Shown: one piece after another, positions 47,076-60,700 of the stretch
Numbering within the stretch: position 1 is the first letter of the stretch
Layout: each line of letters opens with the position of its first letter
Source of the DNA: Diadema antillarum
Lineage: Eukaryota
Assembly (NCBI RefSeq): GCF_040938485.1
Contig: NW_027270961.1
Coordinates: 2,728,001-2,792,000 of the forward strand
Reading direction: 5' to 3'
DNA length: 64,000 bases
Translations under genes and position numbers: made by a program
Notes under the pieces: generated by a model
Databases searched by the model: none
The model's input: the letters and a program-made list of their open reading frames with translations, nothing else
What the model was told of the DNA's origin: nothing

Positions 47076-50000
47076 CTGGTGTGAGACCGACATTAAACGA
47101 GAACCGATCTTTCCACCGAGCAAAGCTGGATAACGCCATCTATAGTCTAAAGCTATGTAGTTAAAATTTTCAGTCGCCAACCACCTACGTGAGTAAAATC
47201 TTTAGAATTTGCTACATATACTGTATGACCAGTAATAATTCACCTGTTCGACCCTTTTCATGTTTTTCAAACGGCGTGAAATGTCCTTCATAGTAAACGA
47301 AATGTGATGTCTGTGTCAACATAAACAACGAGAAAGGAAGACAGTGAGAGACGGACAGACAAACATACAGAAGTATACACTAACCACTCTACTACAATGT
47401 ACCTCATCAGTTATCAAAGATCACAGTGAAATACAATAAGATACTTGATAATAGGTACATTTTGAACTATAGAAAGTTGCACATCATCCGAAAGTGTTTC
47501 CTTTTAAAGATTCCCATATATTTTCTATGGTCACTTTCCACTGGTTAAGGATAGAGAGACTATGATTTCTTTTTTCGTATTTCCTTAAAAGCTCAGTTGT
47601 TATTATGAATATTTCCATACCTCTGGCCATTACGTCACTGATAACCTGTGCTTTACAATCTATATGCTTCTATGAATTGTATCCCTCCCTTATGCTTAAG
47701 TGTATAATTTTTTCAGTTCAATTTCGTTATGTTCTATAAAGTATATATTTCTCACCTTCCTTGATAATGCTGTATGACAGAGATTAAGAAAAAAATCGTA
47801 AACTTTTTTGTTGTTGCTGTTATTAAACTGTTATTTTGTCGGACTAAATACAAGATTTATGAAATTATATCATGCACATTATCTCTATTACCCTCTACCA
47901 ATCAACAGTTTTTCATCACCGAGCTCCTATCGTCATATTCGTTTACATCTATGTATGAAGGATTTTATGTTCTCAGTTCTCACCATTTTGTGTTTCTGGT
48001 TTTCAAATCTACACTGACGGGAAAATATAGGAACACGTACTCCAACAGCGAGGACAGATATATTCACCAGCGCCCTCTCTCGTTTAGCTCATCCAGTTTG
48101 TGATTAAAATTACGTTAGTTACAACGTCACGATCATAACTCTCATTACACAAGCAAATCATAGTGCAAACGAGAAAATACGATCTGTGACAACTTAGTTA
48201 CGAGAAAAAAAAAAACTTCAGCAAACATCACCAACGAAGATTCCAGAGATTTGAGAAAATCGTATGAGAATTCATTTTGGATGATCCTTGAACGCATTTA
48301 AACCAAAATTTGATATTTTTTCCTCAACCCTTGAACTACACACCCTGGATGTTTATTGTTCAACCGAAATACAGGACAACGAAAATAAAAAAGGTGGTGA
48401 TTTTTATCATTTTAACCGTTCTTATCATTCTAGTTTCGCAAGTACATCGAAGTCCCTCAGTTTGATCTATGTTGTCAACAAAGCCTATTTATATAACTAT
48501 AGAATGAACGATATTATCCTCTCTTTTTCTCTTTTCTTCTCTCTCTTTCTCCTTATGAATCTGCAATAAAGGTTCTGCAAAAGATCATCTACTGATGCTA
48601 TATTCATTTTAGTACCATATTCAGATTTGAAGTATTTTTTTTTTTTTAGAGAGAAGCCTCTGCTAGAAGAACTACAGACAGCTAGAGATGAAGTTTCTGC
48701 CCTGTAAGAGATTCAAAAGCTCACGGTCTTCAAGCTGTTAGTAATGCAAAAAGGGTGAGATGGTTTTTCTTTCCCCCTGGAAAAGTGAGGGCATGAGAAT
48801 CGTTGGGAGGTTGAACTTGATGGCGCACTCGTTGTTTCTCCAGGATGTAAAGACCAGCTGTGGTAGCAAAGTCGTTAGCTGAAATGCCATACCCTTGTCG
48901 GCCGATCAGTTTGATGTACCGCACGGACCTCCTCACTTAACAGGCAAAAAATTATGCTCACCATGGAGAACGCCCCCAACAGATGACTATTGATCATCTC
49001 CGCTACCAGGGGCTGACTGGCAATGTAATACATGTGGGGGGGAAAGTGACTTGACTTTAGACGGGTTGTAATGCTTTATTACTCGGGGTAACTGAAATAC
49101 ATCTTGCGTCTCTCTAACCAAATGTCGGTTTGTGTTTCATCATTCTCTACCTATCTCTCCCTTCTTTCCTGAATCTGAATTGGTTGATTGTCACACAATG
49201 GCCTTATTAAACGGCATTACATTAATCTCCATGGAAAGGGGGAAGGGGGGGGGGGGGGGGAAGCGCCACTGATGACGCCTGAAGTTGCGGGAATTCTGCT
49301 GGTGCATGTCTCTTCAGATGACGCGTGTGTGTCTACTACATGTCTCTTTGTCTTAGTTGGTGTGCTTAGACAAATTTAAATCGGTGCGTAAGGGGGTATA
49401 TGATTACATTTTCTTTTATCTGAACAAGCACTTTAAGCGGAAGGTTCAATCAAATAGATTAGAAAGCGTGTGTGTGTGTGTTCACGTAATGGTGGAAAGG
49501 AGATATTTTTTGTACACATTTATATAAGCATACGTATTATTGTACTTCTTGATGCCATTACCGTACAGGAAAAATAAGACATTTGTAATCATTTCAATGG
49601 AAATACTCTTTAGATGATTCATTACTTTCTTGTCGTTGTGTCGCGCCCAGAGGGAAATTTCGTAAAATGGTTAATCATGAGTCATTTATGTTGATAATCT
49701 TATGTTGAATCGTATGTTGTGTACAATGCAAAGATTGAATTCTATCAAAAATAGCGCTGCAATTGTGCAACTGATATTTAGGGACACTTTATCCAAAGAA
49801 ATATATATATACTTGCGTTTGCTTCTTGCCTATATTCTCCTGAATAATTTTATAGCGGTAACTGTGGTATTGTATGTGATGTCGAAAAATTATTGAAGAG
49901 CAGGTAACTATGTACTCCGTCTGGAAGGAATGAACGCGCCTGTTCGACACTGTGTTGCAAAGGTCACCGCTATAACTGCTCGTCTGAATTTCTGTTATAA

Positions 50001-50635
50001 CTGCTTTTGGTATGCAGTAGATAAAATTGGCTGATCAGATGAATGGGGCCAGCCACAAAGCTTGAAAAAGTTATGATAATTACAGTAAATGAATCTATTT
50101 GAGCGGTACGATGTGTCTAGGTCATTTTCATCACAGTCGAAACAGGCGAGCTAATTGGTATGCAAAGGCCTTCCCTCCTCACCCACGAGGTTTGAAATAT
50201 ATAGGACATGATAACAAAATAGCAAGGTCATTATTAGGCCATCATCATATTTTCATATCTCTCTGAGATATACTTACCGTAGGACCTGATAACAAAATGA
50301 TTATTACACCATCATGAATGACGTAAACCATATTTCAATACTTGGTCAGATAAAGGATAAATGCAACCTTACTGATGTATGCTTTGATTTTCACTTTGGC
50401 TTCTTGTTCCCTTCCCTCGAAAATAGAAATGTTGCCTTTTTTCCCGCTCCATGCAAAGAAATGTATAGAAAATGTAGCACCCAACAGATTTGTCCTATTT
50501 ACAGGTGTATTCATATTAAAGAAATAAGACACGCAAACACGCTGTCATGTAAAACGTCATCCGATGCAGCAGACCACGTGACCAACAACTTATCAAAAGA
50601 GGAATGTCGAATGATTGGAGAGACAATGGCACAGG

Positions 50636-50705
50636 TTTGTTTGTTTGTTTGTTTGTTTGTTTGTTTGTTTGTTTGTTTGTTTGTTTGTTTGTTTGATTGT
50701 TTGTT
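50636..50705. repeat. (GTTT)n microsatellite
   Basis: Direct reading of the sequence. Confidence 0.95.
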
Positions 50706-52012
50706 TAATGTCACATCACTTTTACTTGTAGTCTTACGAGATAATGTGTTTGAGTTTGCGTTCATTACATTGCACGGTTCGCTCACTTCAGCCAATGGCC
50801 GCTCTTCTGTGAGTCTGTGCAGTTTACCAAAAAAAAAAAAAAAATGTGTTGGATCTGTTGATTTCCAAGACCAGGGTTTCATACCATTCCCTTGCACATG
50901 TGATCTGACCTTTGAAGCTCGCTCGCTCTCCTCGCACGTAATAGGAATAAAAAATACCTGACTTGCTTGCCTACAGAAGTCTGTGGAAGAAAAACATGTA
51001 TCTCATATTGTATATTCAAAAACCTGGGAAACATACAAGCTCTAAAACAATTAACAGATCTTCATTGTCTCTCCCCCCCCCCCAAAAAAAAAAAAAAAAA
51101 ATCGCCAGAAAATCGCCTCCTTTAGTGAAAGATGCTTTGTCATTCCGTAGTTTTTGGTAGCGTGTGATGTACTTGCCGTCTTTGCAATATATGCAATGTT
51201 CTCTCCCAAATGTGTATTTTGTATTATGTTACGTTCTCTTGAATTGAATTGAACATATCTTTATTCTATGTTTTGAACGTCACTGACAATCAAGTACGAT
51301 GACATAACGACACAATGACCACCATTCTATTTTAAAATGATTTTTTTTTTTCGTCTGGCTGTGATCGCAGTGAAATCAATGCGCTCCTAAATCCTATTTA
51401 CTGACTTTCCCCGAAACATAATCACATGGCGCTCTAAGCGTCATTTAAACCCCTCTTTGTGTCATCTCCCTGTTTGTATCACTCTCGGTTCGAGTCATCT
51501 TAAAGTCGGGAAACTATGGACTCGCTTTCTGAAGATGCTTTCCCGCCGCAAATGATTTTCCCCATGCAACCAATCCCCTTCGTAATGGTGCTCCACAGCG
51601 GTTCAGTTCACTCTGCAGCGATCTATAGCCACTCTTTTGTGGGTGGCAAGAGAGTTACAATTTCAGAGTCTGATAACAAAGACCTCAGCTGGATGGCTAC
51701 TAGCTTCCATCCTGTTCCTGTCAGGGACTATGAGACGAGATGACCAGAATTAATTATCTGGAGGGCTTTCAGTTGTCACAAACAGCCATCAATCACATCG
51801 CCTGAAACAGGCTTAAAGAACAGCTTGCCAGGGCGCCGGTCTGTGGATTTTGCGGGCATATCTTTCTAAGCAACTAAGCAACTGCTGCCTCTATGATATA
51901 CTGATGATGGTGGTGGCGGTGGTAATGATGACAGTAACATAATGATGATGCTGATTAGAGTCATGATATTAATGGCAGTTACCATGACAACAGCAACGAT
52001 GGAAGTTATTAA

Positions 52013-52394
52013 AGGATAGTATATAGTTTTGGTGAGATAGGGATTCAGCTTTCAACTTTTTGTGAGATAATTAGAAACCACTTATGAAAAACATATTAAA
52101 GAGCATACCATTCAAAACGGAATCCAAAATTTATTTGATGAAAATCGGTTTTGAAACGGCTGAGATATCCAAAAACAAAGTAAAACAAAACAATTCAAAT
52201 AAAAGGTGGGTCTCACCTATTATTAGGATCGCTTGTTTTGGACATCTCAGCCATTTCAAAACCAATTTTCTTTAAATTAATTTGCATTTCCACTTCAATT
52301 ATATACTCTTTCATATTTCACAAGTGGTTTCTCATTATCTTCTAAAAAAGGAAAACATCTGAAGCCCCATCTCAACCAAAATTATATCATTCCT
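52013..52394. mobile_element. Kolobok-type palindromic MITE (same family as 6471-6854)
   Basis: TTAA at 52009-52012 and 52395-52398 with AGGA..TCCT ends. It shares TTTATTTGATGAAAAT.GGTTTTGAAA.GGCTGAGATATCCAAAAACAA with the 6.5-kb copy. Confidence 0.85.
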
Positions 52395-54482
52395 TTAAGT
52401 CGAAGAGCATTTAAAAGATGATGATGATCACATGTTGGTGGCCAAAATCATGATGGCGATAACTACGACCACGACAATGACATCGACAGTGGTAGACGGA
52501 AGATTATGATGACAACGATACTGCTGATGATGACGTAGTTCTCGGTCATCATCGTCCCAATGACGATGATCAAGAGTTTGGACTCGTCAATGACGTCACA
52601 AAAGAGAATAGTGCTAAAATGATGATACGGTGTTATTGATGTATGTTTTAAACTGTTAACGTGGTATTAAAAACCGAGGAAACCGCAAAACAAACTGTTT
52701 GGACATTAAGGAAGACTGCAAAAGTTCTCTATGGATGATGGTGGTGGTGATTTTTACGATTTATGGGGAATGATTAACCCAGTAGTAGTCATGGTCATCA
52801 TCAGAGCAGAGTGATGACGGGATAGAAGGTAACGAGAAAGATGCTAATACTTATCTTTATGATTATCAAGAGACAATGTCGTGTTGATGGATCGTTGTGA
52901 GTCTACATAGTGGCATAAACAGTTTCAGATTTTCCTTTCTAGAAATCCGCAGAGTGGCTGTCAAGATAGTGATTGATAATAGTCCTCGATGAAATCACGC
53001 CTCGCCTTCTTGCCCCATATCTTGATCGTATCTGTGTTTATCTGCGTGGGTTTCCTTTTTTTAAAGATCACTACCCTTTCCATGTTTTGCTTTCTCTTTG
53101 TTTTGTGTCACTTCTTTTATCCTGGTAATTATAAGGAAAATAAAGAATGAAAATAAAAACTTGAAAGTGAAGAAAACCATAAGTGAAAACTATATTTATT
53201 GAATAGGTTTAGTCACATGTATGAAGCAAAATTAATATCAATCAACACGACCGTATTTTCTGTATAGGAGTGCTTTCGCTGGTTGTTTGCACACTTAAGT
53301 AAAGTAAGTAATCATTTGAACTATTATTTTTGTTCTTCTCATTCTATTCATAATATAGAGTTTAAACCAATGCGACACTCAATAGTGTGTATAATGATTA
53401 CGAATGCTAAAGTATTAGCGACGAACTGTACTCTGCAATATGACTGGCTGCGTACATTGGCAATTATGACGTCAAAAAGTGGTTTACGTCCAGGTGCGTT
53501 TGTGAGCTCACACTGACGTCACGATTTTAACGTGTGGTTGAATCCAGGGTATATGTGCGCTTCATTTAAATACATATTGATTTAATGCATGAATAGCAAC
53601 ACCAACAACAAAAACGCAGACAAAGACAATGGAAAATTTAGATGATCTACATGGATGCGGTACAAGCCAAATTACAGAGAGGACGTCTGCGAGGCCAGAT
53701 TCAACTCGAGAAAAGACTTCATTAGGTTCAAGGCAGCCTTTATCAATGAAAGCTTGCCATGATACCTCTTAATTCAAGCACTATACCAGAGGGTGACAAG
53801 AGGTCTGGAAAGCAAAGATTTAAAACTGTGGATTCAGGAATGATCATTGTCAAGAAACCCAAAGGTGAAAAAGGGACAGATGTGAGGGGGGGGGGGGAGA
53901 CCTGGTGAGATTGAGACTAAGATCCTCATCGAAATCTGAACGTTCACTGTTTATTCACTCTTCAATGTGTTTATATCTTCATAAGATATCACCTTCTACA
54001 ATCCAAATTGAGTTGAGCTGATATGATACGGATTGCATCCGTATTTGTGTGTACTTTTCATTGTAATTGTATATTGTCAGTCAGGTTTCCGTGTTCGTAT
54101 TGTAAAAAGACAGTTAAAAAAAAAATTAACCATAGACCAGACAGTAAGCTCTCTTGGACGCCTCACAATGATAGTTTTTGTCGTGACATATCCTCAGAAT
54201 GTGGGCTATCCAACCATGTTTTTAAATGAAAAAAAGGAAACATACAAACAAACAAGCAGAACAAAAACGATATTATTCACATAATACAGTTGATATAGAT
54301 ATCATGCATCTAGGCTTCACAATCTATGGAATATTTTGATAATGTTTCGATATAGATGGAATATAAGTAGGGCTCTGCAAAGACTACCCCGTTGTTGAAT
54401 AAGATCGAATAAAATGAATATCTAAATAAAGTGAAATAAATGCTTATAAATATAAGCACACTTTCTTTTCATATCATGTGTA

Positions 54483-54639
54483 NNNNNNNNNNNNNNNNNN
54501 NNNNNNNNNNNNNNNNNNNNNNNNNNNNNNNNNNNNNNNNNNNNNNNNNNNNNNNNNNNNNNNNNNNNNNNNNNNNNNNNNNNNNNNNNNNNNNNNNNNN
54601 NNNNNNNNNNNNNNNNNNNNNNNNNNNNNNNNNNNNNNN
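54483..54639. other. Assembly gap (N run)
   Basis: N characters. Confidence 1.
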
Positions 54640-56119
54640 GTGTAATGAAACAGAACATGTTCTACATGGTTATATCACATTACAGTTTTCACGGTGTATT
54701 TTCGTTTTTAATTAAATGTGTCTGTGTCGCGTAGTGACCTGCTGCCTGTTATATGCCTTGTACTTCTATTTCTTCAGCCTCGCCACGAATAAGCCTAGCT
54801 GGGAGCAGCGGCGTCGTGCGGCTACCCACACTTTTCTTTTTTCTTTCTCCGTCAAAGATTCGCAGCAGTCAACACAATTGGACATCCTTCCAGGGTGGAC
54901 CATTGGTACAAAACAAAAAGAACAACAAAACACTTTCGATGAACATAATACGAGAAGAGGAAATGTGATCGTTTTGTTCGCAATGAATCGATATCATGCT
55001 GTCCGCTGGACAAATCGTCCACACATTCAACAAGCGATCAATTACGCCTCCACCGTCTTTCTCATCTCTTTCAAACGTAAAATCTGTTCTTGGGATTGAA
55101 AATAAGTGTAGGGTAACTAACGCGGAGGAGGGGTACTCCGAATTTTAAAGGTTTCGTAACAAAAAACCTGTAGAAGTTGATCGGTTGTATAAATGTCACG
55201 ATTTGTCCGGGGAAAAGATAAACCATATTGCTTTCGACCGATGACCAGCAAACAGAATTGTTCATGATCCATTCATGACTTCTTTGATTATATCCTCTTT
55301 GATCTGATTTGATGACCAATTAGGGAGGGAGATCATCCCCGACTGGACAGGGGAAGTGACCAGCGAGGCAACAGGAGCTGCCCTCGTTTCAAAAACTTTT
55401 AAAAATGTTGATTACAGGTATTACAAGCTCTCTACACTTTTTCAGCCTTGTTGTGAATCCACAGTCTGCATAGTTGAATACTCTGCAAATTGACAGTACG
55501 ATTATGGCTTAAATTTTGTCATCATGGAACCAGTTTAATAAAGTCGGACATCTATTATCCACACAGTTGCATCTCTCTCAAAACAGTATACGTAAAGAGG
55601 GCGTTGTATTTCTTGCCATTTGCTCTTGACGTACAGCTATCCAGCATGCATGCACTCAATGTTCCTCAGGAAGTAAAGATGGTGCACATTGTGTCGTTCG
55701 CTTGTTATGTGCCAGGCGAACAAGCTAATGCATGACTACAAAAATCCACGTTTCCCTAGTATTATCTCTAGTAGTTTGTAAATCATTATATTTAGTAGAT
55801 TTTGATTCAAATTGTGAGCATTGTAAGAATGGGAGAAAGCTCATATTCGCAGGTATCGATGAAAGGAAATTATTCGTTCATTACAGAAAGATTCAGGGAG
55901 AGGTTTCAATCCCGAGATCGAAATTCACTTTGTTTTGCGGTTGCTGGAAGAATGTGAACCATGAAAATCTGAGAAAAATTTTCGTCGGTTAGAAAACCAT
56001 GAAAGCCGACTTTAATGAAGGTTTATCAGATCGCATTTTAAACCTAAAGAGAGGATTGTTGACGATACTTATTTAATATTGTTTGTTGGTTTGATTGTAT
56101 GTATGTTTCTTATTGGCTC

Positions 56120-56183
56120 TGTTTGTCTGTTTGTTTGTTTGTTTGTTTGTTTGTTTGTTTGTTTGTTTGTTTGTTTGTTTGTT
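56120..56183. repeat. (GTTT)n microsatellite
   Basis: Direct reading of the sequence. Confidence 0.95.
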
Positions 56184-57663
56184 TGAGGGGGTAAAGAGAA
56201 TTGTTTGATCTACATGACATTGTGTATGTCCACCACTGGACCACCGCGTGGGATGCAGACGCAAAGCTCGGAAGAGATCGAAACTGTGGAGGAAGGAGCA
56301 ATGCCGGCATGACTGCCTTTATTTCGTTAGGATATTTGATTGTCTAATGCTCGATGCAACGGACCAGTCACTGATAGCTTGTACGAAAAGTGGCTTGACC
56401 TTCCTTGCACGTCGTCGAGTTTTTCTTTTCGCTCACGTCATTCTCTCTTCTGTTACTGGAAATACGTTTGTCTGTGCCTGTCAGCGCAAGTCATCTTGCT
56501 AGAAAGGTTTAAATGAAGGTAGAAAGCCCCATTTGCATTTCTTGATCCAATCCCCGCTCGAGGACGTTGAATCTATATGTGATACAATATGACTCTGAAT
56601 TGAAGAATGATAACGTTTTTTGTAACCCACTAAAGGTGCTAGTATATCAATTGGGTTCCTCTCTGACATTTCAGTTGATACATTTATTCAAATAATCTTG
56701 AATGAGCAGACGTTCTCGTATGACAAGGCACCATGTGCTTTATCAGCTTGTGGACATGTGTCAAGCATGGCTACAGTTTCTTCCAGCAACCAGAATCACG
56801 TTCGACATACAGCTGCGAGGCTTCAGGCGTACTAATTAGGCTGCTGTCACACTCGTGATGACTGCATCGCTATAATGAGGAGAGACGTCATTGAGATTGT
56901 CACCGGTAAAATGTTAACATGTCGCCACGTGATCGCCCTCTTACGTGTCTGCTGATACAGCACTGGTGTCATATTTGGTGTTGTCATAGGATACTTGGTG
57001 TCATGCGGTGTTGAAGGCTATTATGGTGATGCTTGACGTTAAGTGTTAAGTGTTACATTCCATGCATCAACTCGTGTATTCAACTGGCTCCCACGTGTTG
57101 CTGGAGAGCTTTCACCTCCGGAATGCAATCGCCATTATTTTTCGTCATCACCAAATGTATGCAGTATAATTTATGGTAACTCCAGTGTTTCCGCCTCCTC
57201 CTCCTCCTCCTCCTCCTCCTCCTTCTCCTCCTCCTCTTCCTCTTCAGGAAGAATCCAGAACCTGAAATAATGATTTAACGACAAAGGTAAAGTCTGCTTT
57301 GAGATTTCAATCTATGGTAGTCAAAAGGAATACATTTTTGTCATTTTATCGTTTGAAAAAATAAGACAACTTTATCAACTTACAATGCAAACAACTTCAA
57401 TCAAGGCACATCAGAATCGAAAAACATATCTGTAAACATGCATTATGAGATATAAGAGGATTTGCTACTTTTAAACAATTAAAAGTGTCTTGAAGAGATA
57501 GAGATAGCGATAGAGATAGAGAAAGACAGAAAGAGAGACAGAGAGAGATGGGCAACACAACATATCTTTACTACGGGAGGTTTGACATGGTGCTGTATCA
57601 CGTGAAAATCATTGTACATGACATATCATGTGTGCCTGAGTGAAAGAGTGTATCCTTTTGTTG

Positions 57664-57665
<2 letters not shown>

Positions 57666-57749
<84 letters not shown>
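57666..57749. repeat. (TG)n microsatellite
   Basis: Direct reading of the sequence. Confidence 0.95.
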
Positions 57750-57752
<3 letters not shown>

Positions 57753-60700
57753 CAAATACATACCGTAAAATGCTAGTGGAATCTTGTAACTAAAATGTAG
57801 GAGGAAAGTTGACAATTGAATGGCCATTGTTGTATTGTAGTATACCCATGGTCACTGTATAACGCTTGGTGGGAATACCGTCATGTCAGGAGTGAAGTAA
57901 AGCGGTTTAAAGGCATGTCTTCACTCATCGTCGCTCTATACGTGTGCTATTAAGGGGGAAAACAATGCAAGAGCAAGCGGCTTTGATTAACAGATTAAAG
58001 CAATGAAAGTAACTGTCAGTGTAAAGCATAAAATCTGCTAATTTGACAAAGAAATCGTTCGAAATAAGATATACCATTTGTTGAGATATCTAAACTCTGA
58101 CTGTTGGACGTCATATACATTTTCCATGACCAAATGCAAGAAAAGAATCTAAATTGATTATTGTTACAAATCAAAATATGTTGTATTTGCTGATAATAAA
58201 GCAAGAACCAGCATAGTTTGAAATAAAGAGTAACAAAAGAGGCTCAACTAAATATTTCATAGTTACTGAAAAGACATCTAAATTTGAGAACAACAAGAAA
58301 GACCCTACATGAGAACGGACATGACAATTTGTGAGCGAAAAGAAATGTAATTTATACCACACTTGAGCTTTGTATTGCTCTGACAAAAAGGATAAGGACT
58401 TGAGTGAGGGTATAAAAAGGCTATCACGCAGAGTTTAGTTTCCAATAGGGAATTTAAAAATAATATATTATACAGGTCTTTTAGATATGGCGCCAGTTTC
58501 ATGAATTTACATACAATGTATATAATACAACTATTAAAAAAATCCTCATTTGTATTACGATAAGTTTGACGAGAGGAAATGACAATGTGGTAGGGAAAAA
58601 AAAGATGCTGGGGAAGATAATACACCAGAGAAGGGGAAGAAGAATTATCGGAGCGTACGAGCATACGGCACGGCTCGCGTAACAGAATGGAGTATGAAAG
58701 GATGTGTGTATTTTCGCGGGAGAGATAGAGAGAAGGAAGGAATGAAGAAGTAGAAGAAGAAGGGAAAGTAGGAGAAGAAGTATTCAACTCCCTCCCACCT
58801 CCCACAAAAAAAAAAAAAAAAAAAGAGGGAAGCTCGAAATGGGCGGGGCGTGAGGCAGACGCAACAGAACATGTAATGTGCGTTCACCCTTTTCACCAGC
58901 TGACCACATTATCACGTTTTACGGTCGATTCAAATATTTGAGAAGAAAAACTGAAGCACTGGCTACGGGTAACGTTAACACAACCCATTAATGTTAGATG
59001 GATTTCAGCGTAGTATTGTTTGCCGTCAAAGCCATGTGGTTGTAACTATAGATCGTCTCATTGTCACAATTTGACATGAAAGTTTGATAACATTATTCTT
59101 CTCACCCCGAGTCATCGTTTACTCCCTCTACGACCAGAGCTACCCGGGAAAACTATTCACAACATGCAATGTATACAGGTTAATTATGTGTTAGATTGTA
59201 CTTTTGTGTTTTGTATTCTGTAATTATCATGTAGGCATACTGTTATTTCGAGTGTGTAGATATTGTATATCTCTCATACCTCACCTTCAGTCGAAGTGTT
59301 GGGCTGCGTCTTATAGATAGGGAAAAGAGGCGCTAGTTTCCTATACTGTCCACACCCGTAAATCTTTTCATTAATTTTCTAGGCGCAACACCCTTTTACA
59401 TAAAGACAAGGTGAAAGGTCATGATGGCTTCTAACAACACATCAAGTATCGTCACAAGACACATGCATTTTAATCATTTAGCCAGATCAAGGGGCCCTGT
59501 ATTCCTACAGCTCATGTTGAAAAGATAAAGCAAAGCGCAGGAGATGTGAAAGATGATGGCGTAAAGTACAAGTAAGGCCGCATTCAACCTTTCATGATTA
59601 AACCTGGCAAGGAGGGGCGAACAAAAAAGAAAAAGAGGAAAGAAAGAAAGCCAACGCCAAGGAAGGAGATTTTGCCGGAATGACATTAAAGATGGGCTTT
59701 TGTTGTCGATTTTCCACACTCAGGTAGCTAATCAGGGATCCAAACGCAGCACAGACTGTCTCCCCCTGGCATTTGCCATCTTTCACCAAAGTCTGTGTCA
59801 TATTGTGATCTGCTCGCTAGGTGATCATTTTGCGCCGCTCGCACGGTCGGCTATGCCTCGCACCCAACGTCTGCACACGAGTATCTACTAAGAGCTATCC
59901 GCACTGCGGGCATGAATAGAGACCATTAATGCTCCTGCCAGATTTTGTGAGGTTTTTTTTTCCCTCGTCATTTTCGTAATGGCGCCGAATTCTCCAAGCT
60001 TCTTCCTTTCTTTCCTGCCTTAAGGAGTACAAACAGACATTCAGACGTCATCAATGACATCACTAGCATGAAGACACCGACAAGATATCAACGCAAAACC
60101 TCCCTTCTACCACGACCTAATTAAGGAGGTCGCACTCCTCTCTGGCCGATCGAGGGTGAGTAAAAAAAAAAAATCCTTTGACAAAATCAGGCATGCACTT
60201 TTGCGATTAATACTGGAAAGAGACCCTTCTCTCTCGAAGAGAAAAGGGTATTGATTTTGCAGAGATTAGCAGGACACGTTGAACTGTCGTAATCATTTTC
60301 CTTCTATTCAATACTTGATGCATTTTCTGAGTGTGCATGGTGTTCTTTTGAAGTAATCCTTCTATATCAGATCAAGTCCGTTGTAAAAGGAGGTCATAAA
60401 ATCTGATCTAATGACGCAGTACCAGTGAACTACTAGCTATTGTTATAAAATCCATGTACCTAAAAAGCAGACTTTTGCATTCATTTGTTTGAGCGAGAGA
60501 AAAACTTACACGTAGTAAAGCGTCATTGCCGACAAGCATTTAATGTCAAGACATAAGTTTGGTGAATTGTAACATTGAACGATTTAGTCTTTTTTATATT
60601 CTATTTTAGCGATGTAAAATCGGCGTAATCATGATATAGGACATAGGGCACGGGATAAAGTTCACCTGAAGAGAGAGGTAAAAAATAAACTATTCATTGC

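Noticed and set aside
50314-50961. Longest ORF (215 aa) as a single-exon gene
   Set aside because: It reads through a (GTTT)n microsatellite and a poly-A run and has no recognisable domain. At most a 130-nt sub-segment is exon-like.
55732-55992. 86-aa ORF with a signal-peptide-like start and cysteines
   Set aside because: No family resemblance, promoter or splice context; the length is within chance expectation.
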